A stretch of DNA of 64,000 nucleotides, from the IMG/VR virus record IMGVR_UViG_3300028920_000037, positions 64,001 through 128,000 of that record; one strand, 5' to 3'. Shown here one piece after another: positions 1 through 10,545 of this stretch. How positions within the stretch are numbered: the first letter of the stretch is position 1; every line of letters begins with the position of its first letter. The stretch is from a virus. Under the pieces are notes generated by a model. It worked only from the letters and a program-made list of their open reading frames with translations, was not told where the DNA came from and did not search any database. A program made the position numbers and the translations under genes.

Positions 1-159
1 GACCGTGTATTCGTCCTTGAGCTCGGCACGCAACGTACGTGTGATCTTGTTGCGTCCCAACGAGAAGATCGTCATCAATTCTGGTATTGATGTCCCTTGT
101 TTGAACAGTGACGTCATTTCATTGATCGTCTCTGTGCTTAGTACAATTGGTCTTGCCAT
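1..159 (-). CDS. partial HTH-domain protein (runs off window), possibly the N-terminus of a homing endonuclease
   Basis: Manual translation from ATG at 159: MARPIVLSTETINEMTSLFKQGTSIPELMTIFSLGRNKITRTLRAEL..., an HTH-like pattern. A TATTTA motif abuts the start on the minus strand. Confidence 0.6.
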   Translation of the reverse strand, partial: MARPIVLSTETINEMTSLFKQGTSIPELMTIFSLGRNKITRTLRAELKDEYTV

Positions 160-187
160 AAATAGTATCTTATACAAAGAAGGCTGT

Positions 188-1147
188 ATGTCTAACGGCG
201 AACGTCCAATTCTACTAGTTGATATGCTCAACCTCTTTGTCAGGTCATGGGCAGCATATCCCTCAATGTCTGCACACGGCTATCAAATGGGAGGTGTGGT
301 TGGAACACTGAAAACACTCGCTCGTATTTGCAACGAGTTGAATCCCAGGATGGTCTACATTGCGTGGGAAGGCGGAGGATCTACGAAACGTCGGCAGATC
401 TATTCTGAATATAAGCTGAATAGAAAGCCTGAGAAACTGAATCGCTTCTATGAAGACGACATTCCAGAGTCTGAAGAGAACAGGAAGCACCAGATCATGG
501 TGCTGTTGGCGTTGCTGAAGCACACCCCCGTATGCCAGCTCTACGCATCGGACTGTGAAGGCGATGATATCATCGCGTACCTAGCTCGCGGCAGGTTCAA
601 AGGTAAAAACAAGGTCATTGCGTCATCTGACAAGGACATGTATCAACTGCTTGACGATGAGTCAACGAGGATCTACAACCTTCACAAGAAGATCTATGTC
701 GTCGCCGAAGATGTCTTTGAGGAGTTCAAAGTCCTTGCAAGCAACTTTGCAATAGCAAAGGCTCTGTGTGGAGACGTAAGCGACAATATCCCAGGCATCA
801 AAGGTCTCGGTTTCAAGTCTCTTGTGCGTAGGCTACCTTTCGTTGGGCTGGAGCACGATATCACACTTGACAAGGTATTTGACTACTGTGAAGCACATTC
901 AAAGGAATCAATTCACTATAGACGTATCCTTGAGGGAAAAGAAGACATCAAGAGGAACTGGCGTCTTGTGTACCTTGATGATCATACGCTTTCCAACGAT
1001 CAGGCAAAACGTATAGACTACGCATTGGACACCTTTGTTCCTGGGACCAATCGCATCGAGTTTATGAGGGTCCTTACAAAAGAGGGCCTGAATGATTTTG
1101 ATGTTCCGGGGTTTTACTACGCATTAAATGGGATCAGTAACTCATGA
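188..1147 (+). CDS. 5'-3' exonuclease / RNase H (FEN, PolI 5'-exo family)
   Basis: LLVDMLNLFVR, YKLNR, EGDD, SSDKDMYQL, GDVSDNIPGIKGLG (H3TH). Start reassigned to ATG 188. Confidence 0.9.
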   Translation: MSNGERPILLVDMLNLFVRSWAAYPSMSAHGYQMGGVVGTLKTLARICNELNPRMVYIAWEGGGSTKRRQIYSEYKLNRKPEKLNRFYEDDIPESEENRKHQIMVLLALLKHTPVCQLYASDCEGDDIIAYLARGRFKGKNKVIASSDKDMYQLLDDESTRIYNLHKKIYVVAEDVFEEFKVLASNFAIAKALCGDVSDNIPGIKGLGFKSLVRRLPFVGLEHDITLDKVFDYCEAHSKESIHYRRILEGKEDIKRNWRLVYLDDHTLSNDQAKRIDYALDTFVPGTNRIEFMRVLTKEGLNDFDVPGFYYALNGISNS

Positions 1148-1593
1148 TGAAGATCGTTTTTCTTGATATCGACGGTGTCTTAAATAGCAGACAGTCATTG
1201 CCGCTCGACGCAGGATCGATGCATCCGCCACTCATCTCAAAATTGAACAGACTGCTTCAGGAAACGGGCGCAAACGTAGTTATTAGCTCTTCATGGCGTA
1301 TGCATACGCCGCTAAACGAACTTGCAAACTACCTTGTTAAGTCGGGATTTGAATATCCAGAACGCATCATCGGTGCAACGAGGTACCTTGACGGTCGAAG
1401 GTCGCGTGGTTACGAGATCACCCTTTGGTTGCGGCAGGTCAAGGGATGCGTTGATAGTTTTGTCGTCCTTGATGACGTTGCCGCAGGACTGGACGAAGTC
1501 AACGGTAACGTTGTGGTGACGGACAATAGGATTGGTTTGTCGGATAAAAACGTCGAAAATGCCATCAAGATCTTGAACGAAGGTAACGCATGA
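1144..1593 (+). CDS. HAD-superfamily phosphatase (HAD_SAK_2-like)
   Basis: FLDIDGVLN motif I, ISSSWR, RGYEI, FVVLDD. Confidence 0.8.
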   Translation: MMKIVFLDIDGVLNSRQSLPLDAGSMHPPLISKLNRLLQETGANVVISSSWRMHTPLNELANYLVKSGFEYPERIIGATRYLDGRRSRGYEITLWLRQVKGCVDSFVVLDDVAAGLDEVNGNVVVTDNRIGLSDKNVENAIKILNEGNA

Positions 1594-3011
1594 GTGAAGA
1601 CACATTCGCAGTCTACGGAAAATCGTTTCAGGAGAAGGTCGTCCAGGCGCTGATCACTGATCATGCATGGGGGGAACAGATGCTCGAGGTATTCAATCCT
1701 GAATACCTGGAACTGAAGTACCTACAGTTCCTAGCGCGGGCATACTTTGAACACGCAAAGAAGTACCGCGTCTTTCCAACGATGCAGTTGCTTATCACGA
1801 TTATCCGTGACAAACTTAAAAAAGGGTCAGACAAGATCCTTGCCGATCAGATCGTCGAGTATCTCACGAGGATGAAAGCAAATCCAGACGTAGGAGACCT
1901 TTCGTACGTCAAGGACAAGTCGCTCGATTTCTGTCGAAAACAGGCCCTGAAGAAGGCGATGGAGGACGCCATCGATCTTATGGCGACGGAGAAGTACGAT
2001 GCCATCGTTGACGTGATGAAGAAGGCCGTTGTCGTAGGAACGACACCTTCTCTTGGACACGAGTTCTTTGACGAAGCGTGTAGAGAATCACGTTTCATTG
2101 AACAGTCACGCAACGCCGTTGCGACAGGTATACCAGAGCTGGATCATAGGGACATTTTAAATGGTGGGCTCGGTATGGGCGAGCTCGGTATCTGCATTGC
2201 GAACACAGGCGTCGGTAAGTCGCACATGCTTGTTCAGATCGGTGCCGCGGCACTAAGGCTAGGGATCGATGTTGTACACTACACTTGTGAGTTGTCGGAA
2301 CACATCATCGGTAAGCGATACGATTCGCACCTTGCCAAAGTTGACTTCAGCGACCTGATTGATTTCAAGGAACATGTCGTCAAGTACTATGATGACAACC
2401 AAGATCTCGGGCGCCTGATCATCAAGCACTATCCTGTTGGGTTTCCGACAGCGTATACACTCAGAAGTCACATCGAACGTGCGGCAACACGTGAGTTCAA
2501 ACCTGGGCTGATGATCATCGATTCGCTTGATAACATGCGTTCGACGCGACAGCTCGAAGCGCTCAGGCTCGAGCTGAAGCACGTCTATGAAGAAGTGCGA
2601 GCGTATGTTGACGAGCTTCGCATCCCGTGTTGGAGCGTCAGTCAATCAAACAAAGAAGGATCGAACAACGATATCGTTGATCTGACAAACATGTCAGAGG
2701 CATACGGAAAGGCGATGGTCGCAGACGTGGTCATCTCGATCTCACGGAAGTCTCACGAAAAAGCAAGTGGCTTCGGACGCATCTACATGGCAAAGAATAG
2801 GGCGGGTCGAGACGGTTTGGTCTGGCCAGTCAAGATCGATACCGCTCAGTCGCGGTTCACCATCGCAGGTTATGCAAATACCGCAGAGGAAGAAACGCAA
2901 AAAGATGAAAATCAAATGAAGCGTCAGATCCGTTCTAAGCTTCGCGAGCTTGAACAAGATCCGTCTCTCAGCGTCAAGAAGCCGTCTGAAGATGATCAAT
3001 CAGGATCTTGA
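1590..3011 (+). CDS. replicative DNA helicase (DnaB/gp41-like)
   Basis: Walker A ANTGVGKS, YTCE, MIIDSLD, SVSQSN, AKNRAG. Confidence 0.9.
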   Translation: MSEDTFAVYGKSFQEKVVQALITDHAWGEQMLEVFNPEYLELKYLQFLARAYFEHAKKYRVFPTMQLLITIIRDKLKKGSDKILADQIVEYLTRMKANPDVGDLSYVKDKSLDFCRKQALKKAMEDAIDLMATEKYDAIVDVMKKAVVVGTTPSLGHEFFDEACRESRFIEQSRNAVATGIPELDHRDILNGGLGMGELGICIANTGVGKSHMLVQIGAAALRLGIDVVHYTCELSEHIIGKRYDSHLAKVDFSDLIDFKEHVVKYYDDNQDLGRLIIKHYPVGFPTAYTLRSHIERAATREFKPGLMIIDSLDNMRSTRQLEALRLELKHVYEEVRAYVDELRIPCWSVSQSNKEGSNNDIVDLTNMSEAYGKAMVADVVISISRKSHEKASGFGRIYMAKNRAGRDGLVWPVKIDTAQSRFTIAGYANTAEEETQKDENQMKRQIRSKLRELEQDPSLSVKKPSEDDQSGS

Positions 3012-3090
3012 GGTTGCGGCGATAGTTAAAAGAACGGTACGCATGTTTGCTTTGATGTGTGCAAAATTTGGATCCTTCTAGGAGCAGAAA

Positions 3091-5787
3091 TTGATGAAGA
3101 CGTATACTCGCGATGAGGTGCGGCAGGCCTCACTCGCCTTTTTTTCGGGAGACGAACTTGCAACTGATGTTTTCATTGAAAAGTACGCGTTAAGAAACGA
3201 AGATGTCTACTACGAAAGTAAGCCTCCTGAAACTTCTGCTCGTCTGGCACAAGAGCTCGCTCGTGCCGAAGCCAAGTTCGCAAATCCAATGTCGCTACGC
3301 GAGGTATTCACATCATTGATGGATATCGACGAGTCGATCCCAGGCATTGAGGAACTACCATGTCTTATTGATGCCGCAACAGGTTACGGGCCGATCATGC
3401 CGCAAGGCTCGCCCACCGCCGCGGTGGGAAATCCGTTTCAGATCCAGTCGCTATCAAATTGCTTTGTTATTGAATCGCCGTACGATTCATACGGGGGTAT
3501 CTGTCGTATGGACGAGGAAACGGCGCAGATCATGAAGCGCCGTGGGGGCGTTGGATTCGACATCTCTACTATCAGGCCAAAGGGACAGCCTACGACAAAC
3601 GCCGCTCGCACGACAGACGGCATCGGAATCTTCATGAAGAGGTATTCTGATACGACAGAAGAGGTTGCGCAGAACGGTCGTCGTGGGGCACTCATGCTGA
3701 CGATCTCGATCAATCATCCAGAGGTCGAAACGTTCATCAACATCAAGCGCAACAAGAAGAACGTTACCGGCGCAAATGTTTCTGTCAAGGTGACCGATGA
3801 GTTCATGCAGGCAGTACAGGACGATGCAGAGTTTGTGCATCGTTTTCCTGTAGACGTACCTCCTGAGGAGGCCAAGATCACGAAGGTCGTCAGGGCTCGC
3901 GATGTCTGGGATCAGATCATTGATGCAGCTTGGTATTCCGCAGAACCCGGAATCCTCTTTTGGGACACCGCGCGTTTACTATCGCCGGCAGACGCCTATG
4001 CTAGCCTTGGTTATACGTCTTTGTCGACAAATCCCTGCGGTGAAATAATTCTTAGTGCATATGATTCCTGCCGCCTGCAGGTCATTGATGTACGAAGGTT
4101 TGTCGTCAATCCATGGACTGAAAAGGCATACTTTGATCACGAGGCGTTCGACGCATGTACGCAGAAGGCCATGCGACTCATGGATGACCTCGTCGAGCTA
4201 GAGATCGAAGCTGTCGATCGAATCCTTTCAAAGATTGATTCTGACGTTGAGCCAGAACATATCAAACTGAACGAACGAACGCTCTGGGAAAGAATCAGAA
4301 ATTCGGCAATAAACGGTCGTCGAACAGGGTTGGGCCCAACTGCGGTAGGAGACGCCGTCGCGATGCTAGGCGTCAAGTACGGTTCTAAGGAGAGCGTTGA
4401 TCTCGTTGAACAGATCTACAGGACCCTTGCGCTCGCTACGTACAAGGCGAGCATTGACATGGCTGAAGAACGTGGATCATTTCCAATATGGAGCTGGGAC
4501 GTTGACAAGCAGCATCCGTTCCTGCAACGCATCTTCAGCGCGTTGCCAAAGGAGTATGCTACAAAGTGGAAGAAGTTCGGTAGACGAAACATCGCAAACA
4601 CGACAACGGCGCCCGTAGGTACGGGATCGATCGTATTGAAGAGCACGTCAGGAATCGAGCCGCTGTTCAACGTCCTACCATGGCGCCGTCGAAGGAAGAT
4701 CGACTCTAATTCAAGCGTCAAACCAGACTTTGTTGACGATAATGGTGTTGCGTGGCAGGAATATGACGTCTATCATCCAGGAATCCAAGCATGGATGGAC
4801 GCGACTGGAGAAACGGACGTAGCAAAGTCGCCGTACTTCGGTGCGTGTGCAGCTGACTTTGATTGGACGATGGGAGTGAAGATCCAGGCGGCAGCCCAGA
4901 AGTGGGTGTGTCATTCGATCTCTAGGACAGCAAACCTTCCAAAACACGCCACGCATGACCTGATCTCAGACGTTTACATGGATGCCTGGAGGCTTGGGTG
5001 CAAGGGCTTCACGGCGTACAGGGACGGTTCACGGACGGGTGTGCTTTTGACGGGTGCAGAGGCGCTTGGATGGATGGATGGGATCCCAAGCGAAGAGCTC
5101 GAGAAGATGATTGATGTCGGTGAGAGGTTCAAAGGATCAATGCCATCCGAATACCTCGAGTTCCTTGAAGAGGCGTCTCAAGAATTGGCAAGAAGGGTTG
5201 AAGGGGGCAATAGGCAACCTATCGAGATTTTTCAGGCAGCCAAGAAGAGGCCCAAGAAGCTGCTTTGTGACATACACAGAGTAAGGGTCATGGTGAACGG
5301 AGAATCCGAATCGTACCTTGCGCTTGTCGGTCTAATGAACGGCGAACCGTATGAAATCTTCTGTGGGCTTTCGAAACACGTTGACCTTCCGCGAAAATAC
5401 ACGCAGGGGTGGATCATCAAGAACGGTCGCAAGAAGGGAAACATCGCGACGTACAATCTGGTGATCGGAGAAGGCGACGACGCGATTGTCTTCAAGGATA
5501 TCGTCGAACAGTTTGACAATCCGAACTACGGAGCATTCTCAAGGACGCTGTCGCTTGTGCTTCGACACAAGATCCCGATCCAGTTTCTGACAGAGCAGCT
5601 ACAGAAGGACAAGCACAGCGATATTTCATCGTGGTCGAGGGCGATCGCTCGCGTCATCAAGGGATACATCCCAGACGGGACGTCAACCACGCTCGATAAG
5701 GTTTGTCCACAGTGCGGGTCAGAGGGATTAATTTATCAGTCGGGATGTCCTTCGTGTAAGGTTTGTGGATTTTCAAAATGTCTCTAA
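3091..5787 (+). CDS. nrdJ: ribonucleotide reductase, class II (B12-dependent), with C-terminal TSCPD/zinc-ribbon region
   Basis: SLSNCFV, RGGVG, RRGALM, TNPCGEI, TTAPVGT, YRDGSR, C-terminal CPQCG...CKVCGFSKC. No beta subunit is adjacent. Confidence 0.88.
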   Translation: MMKTYTRDEVRQASLAFFSGDELATDVFIEKYALRNEDVYYESKPPETSARLAQELARAEAKFANPMSLREVFTSLMDIDESIPGIEELPCLIDAATGYGPIMPQGSPTAAVGNPFQIQSLSNCFVIESPYDSYGGICRMDEETAQIMKRRGGVGFDISTIRPKGQPTTNAARTTDGIGIFMKRYSDTTEEVAQNGRRGALMLTISINHPEVETFINIKRNKKNVTGANVSVKVTDEFMQAVQDDAEFVHRFPVDVPPEEAKITKVVRARDVWDQIIDAAWYSAEPGILFWDTARLLSPADAYASLGYTSLSTNPCGEIILSAYDSCRLQVIDVRRFVVNPWTEKAYFDHEAFDACTQKAMRLMDDLVELEIEAVDRILSKIDSDVEPEHIKLNERTLWERIRNSAINGRRTGLGPTAVGDAVAMLGVKYGSKESVDLVEQIYRTLALATYKASIDMAEERGSFPIWSWDVDKQHPFLQRIFSALPKEYATKWKKFGRRNIANTTTAPVGTGSIVLKSTSGIEPLFNVLPWRRRRKIDSNSSVKPDFVDDNGVAWQEYDVYHPGIQAWMDATGETDVAKSPYFGACAADFDWTMGVKIQAAAQKWVCHSISRTANLPKHATHDLISDVYMDAWRLGCKGFTAYRDGSRTGVLLTGAEALGWMDGIPSEELEKMIDVGERFKGSMPSEYLEFLEEASQELARRVEGGNRQPIEIFQAAKKRPKKLLCDIHRVRVMVNGESESYLALVGLMNGEPYEIFCGLSKHVDLPRKYTQGWIIKNGRKKGNIATYNLVIGEGDDAIVFKDIVEQFDNPNYGAFSRTLSLVLRHKIPIQFLTEQLQKDKHSDISSWSRAIARVIKGYIPDGTSTTLDKVCPQCGSEGLIYQSGCPSCKVCGFSKCL

Positions 5788-5805
5788 CCACATTGAATAC
5801 ATTTC

Positions 5806-6837
5806 GTGCATCCAAGATATGATCATCTTGTGATCGAGTGTAATCTTTGTGATACGAAATTCACTAACAACAAGTCTGGAGCGTTTACACGTCACATTGT
5901 TGACGTTCATGAGATGTCGCTAGAAGACTATGTTGTAAAATTCGAGTTATGTGGCATTGAACCTCGATGTGCTTGTGGCTTGTGTGATGAACGACCTTTA
6001 TTCAGACGCGGAAAGTTTTCAAGGTATGCGTTGGACCACGATAAGCATGAGAAACGTAGAGAACTTTACATTAGAAGGTACGGTAAACCTACGTGTGAGA
6101 TTTGTGGAGCAGAGTGCAAATTTGATCGTGTAACACCACGTAAGCGATGCGATCGTTGTCGAATGATTGGTAAAGGATTTGGTGATCCTAACGTTCAACA
6201 GAAGATACGAAATGTTGTCAAAGAACGCTATGACGTAGACAACGTAGGGCAACTTGAACATGTCCGTGAGTTGAATCGTCGTCTTAAAACTGGACGACGA
6301 TTCAAGTTATCTCAAAATGCAAAGAAAAGAATCTCATTAGGAATTAGTAAATGTTGGAAGAGAGTTGATTATCGTAATCGATGTTCGCAAAGCTTGAAAA
6401 TAGCATGTAACACCCCAAGGGAACGTAAGCGTCGTTCTGACGCGATGAAGAAGATGTTTGCAGATGGTCGGCTTTCACCACCTGATCCACGTTGGCGTTT
6501 GTCGCGCTTGCACCAAAGGTTACGCAATGAACTTTGCCTTGATGAACTTGGATTTGTGTCCGAACAACGCATTGGATCGTTGATCGTTGATGAGCTCAAT
6601 GAAGATAAAAAGATTATCATTGAAATCAATGGAGATTACATCCACGCAAATCCAAAGTTTTACAAATCTGATGATGTCATCATAACAAAATTTGGATCAT
6701 ACGCAGCAAGTGAGAAGTGGGCTCGTGATGTACATCGAAAGAAAGTACTTGAAGATCTTGGTTACAAGGTGATCGTTGTCTGGGAAAGCGACTGTGTTGA
6801 ATTGTTGCAGAAACAAATCAATGAAAGTTTACTATGA
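5806..6837 (+). mobile_element. free-standing homing-endonuclease-like gene (Zn-finger arrays + Vsr/DUF559-type nuclease)
   Basis: C2H2 and CxCGxC motifs, then SEQRIG..VDEL..IIIEINGDYIH...LGYKVIVVWE. Visibly AT-richer than flanks and directly downstream of nrdJ. Confidence 0.75.
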
Positions 6838-7061
6838 AGATTTTTCTAGGTGTGTTGGCGATTGTGATTTTTTGGGTAGGAATTTTCTTTGCAAGGAATT
6901 CGTTTACATCAAAGAAAACACGCCAAAAATTAGCCGCAACATTCTGGGGAGCTAATCCACACATAATTCCATTTCTTGTTCGGCAACACAATTCTGCGAT
7001 TGTGGGATTTGTTCTTTATGCGCTTGCGTCAACCATACAAATCATTGCTCTATTTCTGTAG
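6834..7061 (+). CDS. small two-TM membrane protein
   Basis: Two hydrophobic segments. ATGA overlap with the upstream gene. Confidence 0.5.
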   Translation: MKIFLGVLAIVIFWVGIFFARNSFTSKKTRQKLAATFWGANPHIIPFLVRQHNSAIVGFVLYALASTIQIIALFL

Positions 7062-7077
7062 AGGATAGTTATCAATC

Positions 7078-7350
7078 GTGACACCAGCAGAGGACGCAAA
7101 GCTACGTTTGCTCATCAGGGAACACGTCTTGTCGGCAGCTGTACCTGATTTTGTCATGATTGAGGCACTCGACATCGTCGAACAGAAGCTTAGGTTCGCG
7201 TTCGAAAAGTACATCCAACAGTACAAGTCGCACTCACCTGAAGAACGAGCGACCGCTGAAGATGCTGTGAACGTCCTGCTCGCGGGCCTCAAGGAAGACG
7301 TTAAGGAGTCCTTCGAACAGCGTCTACTCGACTTCCTACAGTCCGTGTAG
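7078..7350 (+). CDS. hypothetical protein with LRxxIRE N-terminal peptide
   Basis: ORF preceded by TAGTTA (7066-7071). Confidence 0.65.
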   Translation: MTPAEDAKLRLLIREHVLSAAVPDFVMIEALDIVEQKLRFAFEKYIQQYKSHSPEERATAEDAVNVLLAGLKEDVKESFEQRLLDFLQSV

Positions 7351-7379
7351 TTGAACATTGGGCCTGCGTGTGTTAGTAT
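7351..7379 (+). promoter_or_regulatory. sigma70-like promoter for thyX (leaderless)
   Basis: TTGAAC-N17-TAGTAT, with ATG at 7386. Confidence 0.65.
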
Positions 7380-7385
7380 GTGCTC

Positions 7386-8228
7386 ATGCAAGAGCAAAGG
7401 TGCATCGATGTCCTTGATCATGGCTATGTGAAATTCATCGAATCGTGGGGGTCTGATGAACGTATCATCGAATCAGCACGCATGAGCACCGACGGAGCAT
7501 TCCGTGGATGGGGACCGTACTACCAGTGTACGGTGTGTAAGTGCAAGCGGAGGGAAAACTTTGACGGCACGTGGTTGCCCTACGATGGAGACCAGCAACC
7601 AGGTCAGTGCTGTGACAACAACGACGATTTTCTCGATCGGCTTAGTAACGCCCAACCGGGAGACGAAAAGCTCCTGCGCTACCTCTACAAACACAGGCAC
7701 CACACACCGTTTGAGATGGCTGGGATGACGATCGAAGTCCAAGCACCGATCTTTGTTTTCCGCGAGTGGCACAGGCACAGGACGCAGTCATACAACGAGC
7801 TTTCAGCAAGGTATACACCGCTTCCCAGCCTGTACTATATGCCAGCTCTCGATCGACTGCTGATCAACGCTCGTTCTGATAAGAACAAACAGGCTGGTCT
7901 TGCGAGGGGTGCTCGCCAGTTGACGACAGAACGAGCCCTCAGGTTCCAGGACGACCTCGAGCGCCAGTACGAAACGTTTGAAGAACACTATCAAGAAGCA
8001 CTTCGTGACGGTGTTCCCAAGGAGCTCGCACGAGCAGGTATGCCGGTCGGGCACTACAGCAGGATGCGAGCGACTGCGAATCTTCGCAACTGGCTCGCAT
8101 TTTTGACGCTGCGGATGGACCCAGCTGCTCAGTGGGAGATCAGGCAATTCGCAAACACTGTTGGAATGTTCATTGAATCTGAGTACCCACGTACGTGGGA
8201 GCTCTTTGTGGAAGGCAGGCAGAAATGA
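7386..8228 (+). CDS. thyX: flavin-dependent thymidylate synthase
   Basis: HHTPFE, REWHRHRTQSYNELSARY, NLRNWLAFLTLR..AQWEIR. Confidence 0.95.
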   Translation: MQEQRCIDVLDHGYVKFIESWGSDERIIESARMSTDGAFRGWGPYYQCTVCKCKRRENFDGTWLPYDGDQQPGQCCDNNDDFLDRLSNAQPGDEKLLRYLYKHRHHTPFEMAGMTIEVQAPIFVFREWHRHRTQSYNELSARYTPLPSLYYMPALDRLLINARSDKNKQAGLARGARQLTTERALRFQDDLERQYETFEEHYQEALRDGVPKELARAGMPVGHYSRMRATANLRNWLAFLTLRMDPAAQWEIRQFANTVGMFIESEYPRTWELFVEGRQK

Positions 8229-8830
8229 AGAAGGCACCTCACAAGAGGACACAGCTCATCGTGATCGAAGGTCCTGATCGCGTGGGCAAGGAAACACAGT
8301 CAAAGCTCCTCGTCAAGACGCTTCAGGGCCTCGGTTACTCTGCAACGCGTATCGAGATCCCGTTCAACGACGGTGTTACGTACAAGCTCATCTACTGGAT
8401 GCTTGGCAATGGCCTCGCGAAGAAGTTCAACAACCTATTCCAGGCAATCCAGATTCTGAACAAGTACGTCTGTCAGACGCTTGAGCTACCGAGGTATGAG
8501 GAGCAGTACGACTACGTTATCCTTGATAGATGGCATCTCTCGTCTGAGGTCTATGGTGAAGCCAGCGCTGTGAACAAGGAACTTCTTGATATCGTTGCAA
8601 GGGTCCTGACAAGGGTCGATACGACGTTTGTCCTCTTGGGTCCTCCACACATGAAGGAAGGCCGCGACGTCTACGAAAGAGACACAGAATTTCAACAGAA
8701 CGTCAGAAAGATCTACAAGGGCATGACAGAAAAGGACCCGAGCCTTGTTCAGATCAAGGCCGACCAACCTATAGAAAGCGTACATGATGCAATCATGTCG
8801 TACCTCTCGTTGCGAGGAAAGTTGGAATAG
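8225..8830 (+). CDS. tmk: thymidylate kinase
   Basis: EGPDRVGKETQ P-loop, ILDRW..S..VYG. Start at the ATGA overlap with thyX. Confidence 0.85.
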   Translation: MKKAPHKRTQLIVIEGPDRVGKETQSKLLVKTLQGLGYSATRIEIPFNDGVTYKLIYWMLGNGLAKKFNNLFQAIQILNKYVCQTLELPRYEEQYDYVILDRWHLSSEVYGEASAVNKELLDIVARVLTRVDTTFVLLGPPHMKEGRDVYERDTEFQQNVRKIYKGMTEKDPSLVQIKADQPIESVHDAIMSYLSLRGKLE

Positions 8831-8835
8831 GATAA

Positions 8836-9480
8836 GTGCCCTATCAAATCATAGTAGCAGATCCGCCTTGGAAGTTCAGCGATAGGCTGAAGAACATGGG
8901 CAACAAGGTGAAACGCGGCGCTGAACACGTCTACAAAGGACACGTATTGTCGATCGCGGATATCAAGGCGCTCCCGATTAGGCAGTATGCCGATCCAAAC
9001 GGTTCAGTGCTTGCGCTGTGGGTTCCGAGTACGATGCTTCAAGACGGCCTCGATACAATGAAGGCATGGGGTTTCGTGCAAAAGCAAACGTTCGTTTGGG
9101 TGAAGCTTAAAAGGGCGTTTTTGAACGAGGTCGATGCAAATCATGCTCTTCGCATGGGCATGGGTCACCTGCAGAGGCAGTGCCATGAAATCGGACTGAT
9201 CGGAACGATGGGCAGCCCGTATGGGTTGCTCATGAACAGAGCACAGCGTTCAACGTTCTTCGATGAAGCGTTTGAAGAAGAAGAGCTGAAGGGAGTGACG
9301 ATGTTCGATCTGAACCACCGTCACTCCCAGAAACCAGAGGTGCTACAGGATCGGTTCGATATGATGTTCCCAACGTCGCAGAAGCTCGAGCTGTTCGCAA
9401 GGCGTACCAGGCCTAGTTGGACGTGTCTCGGGAACGAAATTGATGGAAAAGACATCCGTCAGGCGCTATCAGAGATCTAG
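8836..9480 (+). CDS. MT-A70 family N6-adenine methyltransferase
   Basis: ADPPW, LALWV, FVWVK, HSQKPE, LELFAR, W..LGNE. Confidence 0.9.
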   Translation: MPYQIIVADPPWKFSDRLKNMGNKVKRGAEHVYKGHVLSIADIKALPIRQYADPNGSVLALWVPSTMLQDGLDTMKAWGFVQKQTFVWVKLKRAFLNEVDANHALRMGMGHLQRQCHEIGLIGTMGSPYGLLMNRAQRSTFFDEAFEEEELKGVTMFDLNHRHSQKPEVLQDRFDMMFPTSQKLELFARRTRPSWTCLGNEIDGKDIRQALSEI

Positions 9481-9506
9481 ACAGAGTAGAATTGCTCTTG
9501 GAGGAA

Positions 9507-9776
9507 ATGTATATGTCTCAGAAGTTCAAGCACAGCGACCAGGTCTGGCACAGAGTCGTGCAAATCGTGCAAGAGGCAATGATCATGGGCGTTGATTGTG
9601 TCGACCTTCTTCGACAGATTGAGGTCATGTCAGACGACAAGGACAACCTTGTTCTGACGCCAGAATACATCAGATCGGTCGGAAAGATGCACGAGAAGTG
9701 GCTCGCGGATGCCGTTCGACTTCAGGAAGATCAGACCAACGCGAAGAACGTGGTCATTGATCCGAACATGAACTAG
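9507..9776 (+). CDS. hypothetical protein
   Basis: ORF with GGAGG RBS, tightly packed between neighbours. Confidence 0.6.
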   Translation: MYMSQKFKHSDQVWHRVVQIVQEAMIMGVDCVDLLRQIEVMSDDKDNLVLTPEYIRSVGKMHEKWLADAVRLQEDQTNAKNVVIDPNMN

Positions 9777-9778
9777 GT

Positions 9779-10150
9779 ATGGCGCAGGATAAGCTCAAGG
9801 CGATGTGGGATCAGCAGTTCGCGTTTATGCGGTTGCTTCAACAGGAACGCGACTTTCCGCAGTTTCCTGTTGATCTTTCTGAAAAGAAAGGACAACGGTT
9901 TTTAAAGGACATCACACATGAATGCATGGGTGAGCTCTTTGAGGCAAACCAACACCTCAAGAATTCAAAAAAGCACCGCGTCACAGAGGTCACAGAATTT
10001 GAACGTGAAAAATACATTGAAGAATTGTGCGATTCATTGCACTATTTTTTCGAAATCTGTATTGCCAGTGGGATCTCACTTGATGAATTATACACAGCGT
10101 ACATGACAAAGGGTGAGATCAACGTCGAGAGAATCAAAGGCGGTTATTGA
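9779..10150 (+). CDS. all-alpha NTP pyrophosphatase (MazG/dimeric dUTPase/dCTPase-like)
   Basis: ECMGELFE and EELCDSLHY acidic metal-binding helices, K..IN..R tail. Confidence 0.75.
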   Translation: MAQDKLKAMWDQQFAFMRLLQQERDFPQFPVDLSEKKGQRFLKDITHECMGELFEANQHLKNSKKHRVTEVTEFEREKYIEELCDSLHYFFEICIASGISLDELYTAYMTKGEINVERIKGGY

Positions 10151-10164
10151 ATAGGTACACAAGC

Positions 10165-10477
10165 ATGGCCGCAAAGAAGAAGAACAGGTGAGGTCTGAAG
10201 GTCTCGTTCGACTGGTCACAGACAGACGACGATGAGAACGACATTTGAGATCGACGTACCTGGCGCTGAGGCTGCGTCGATAACGGTTGAGTTCAAGGGC
10301 AACAAGTTGATCGTCTTCGTCGAACGAGTCGGTGGTTCTGCGATCGATAGGTTCAATGTACCGCGTCGAGAGTACAATGCCCCCGCAGCGACGGCAACCT
10401 TAACGAACGGTGTGCTCACTATCGATGTACCAAAGATGTCCAAGCAGGGCGATGTGAACATCCCTGTAACAGGGTGA
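10165..10477 (+). pseudogene. small heat-shock protein (HSP20), apparently disrupted at the 5' end
   Basis: Alpha-crystallin motifs IDVPG and ATLTNGVLTIDVPK lie in 10232-10477. An upstream frame reads MAAKKKNR*GLKVSFDWSQTDDDE, which implies an in-frame TGA plus a +1 shift near 10235. Confidence 0.55.
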
Positions 10478-10545
10478 CAAATCCTGTGTACACCACTCGA
10501 TCATAGGGTACCTTGATCACACCCTGATGGAGGAAAGTATACAAG

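Noticed and set aside
5-187. N-terminal extension of the 5..1147 ORF
   Set aside because: It is the antisense shadow of a minus-strand HTH ORF starting at 159. Exonuclease motifs begin only after ATG 188.
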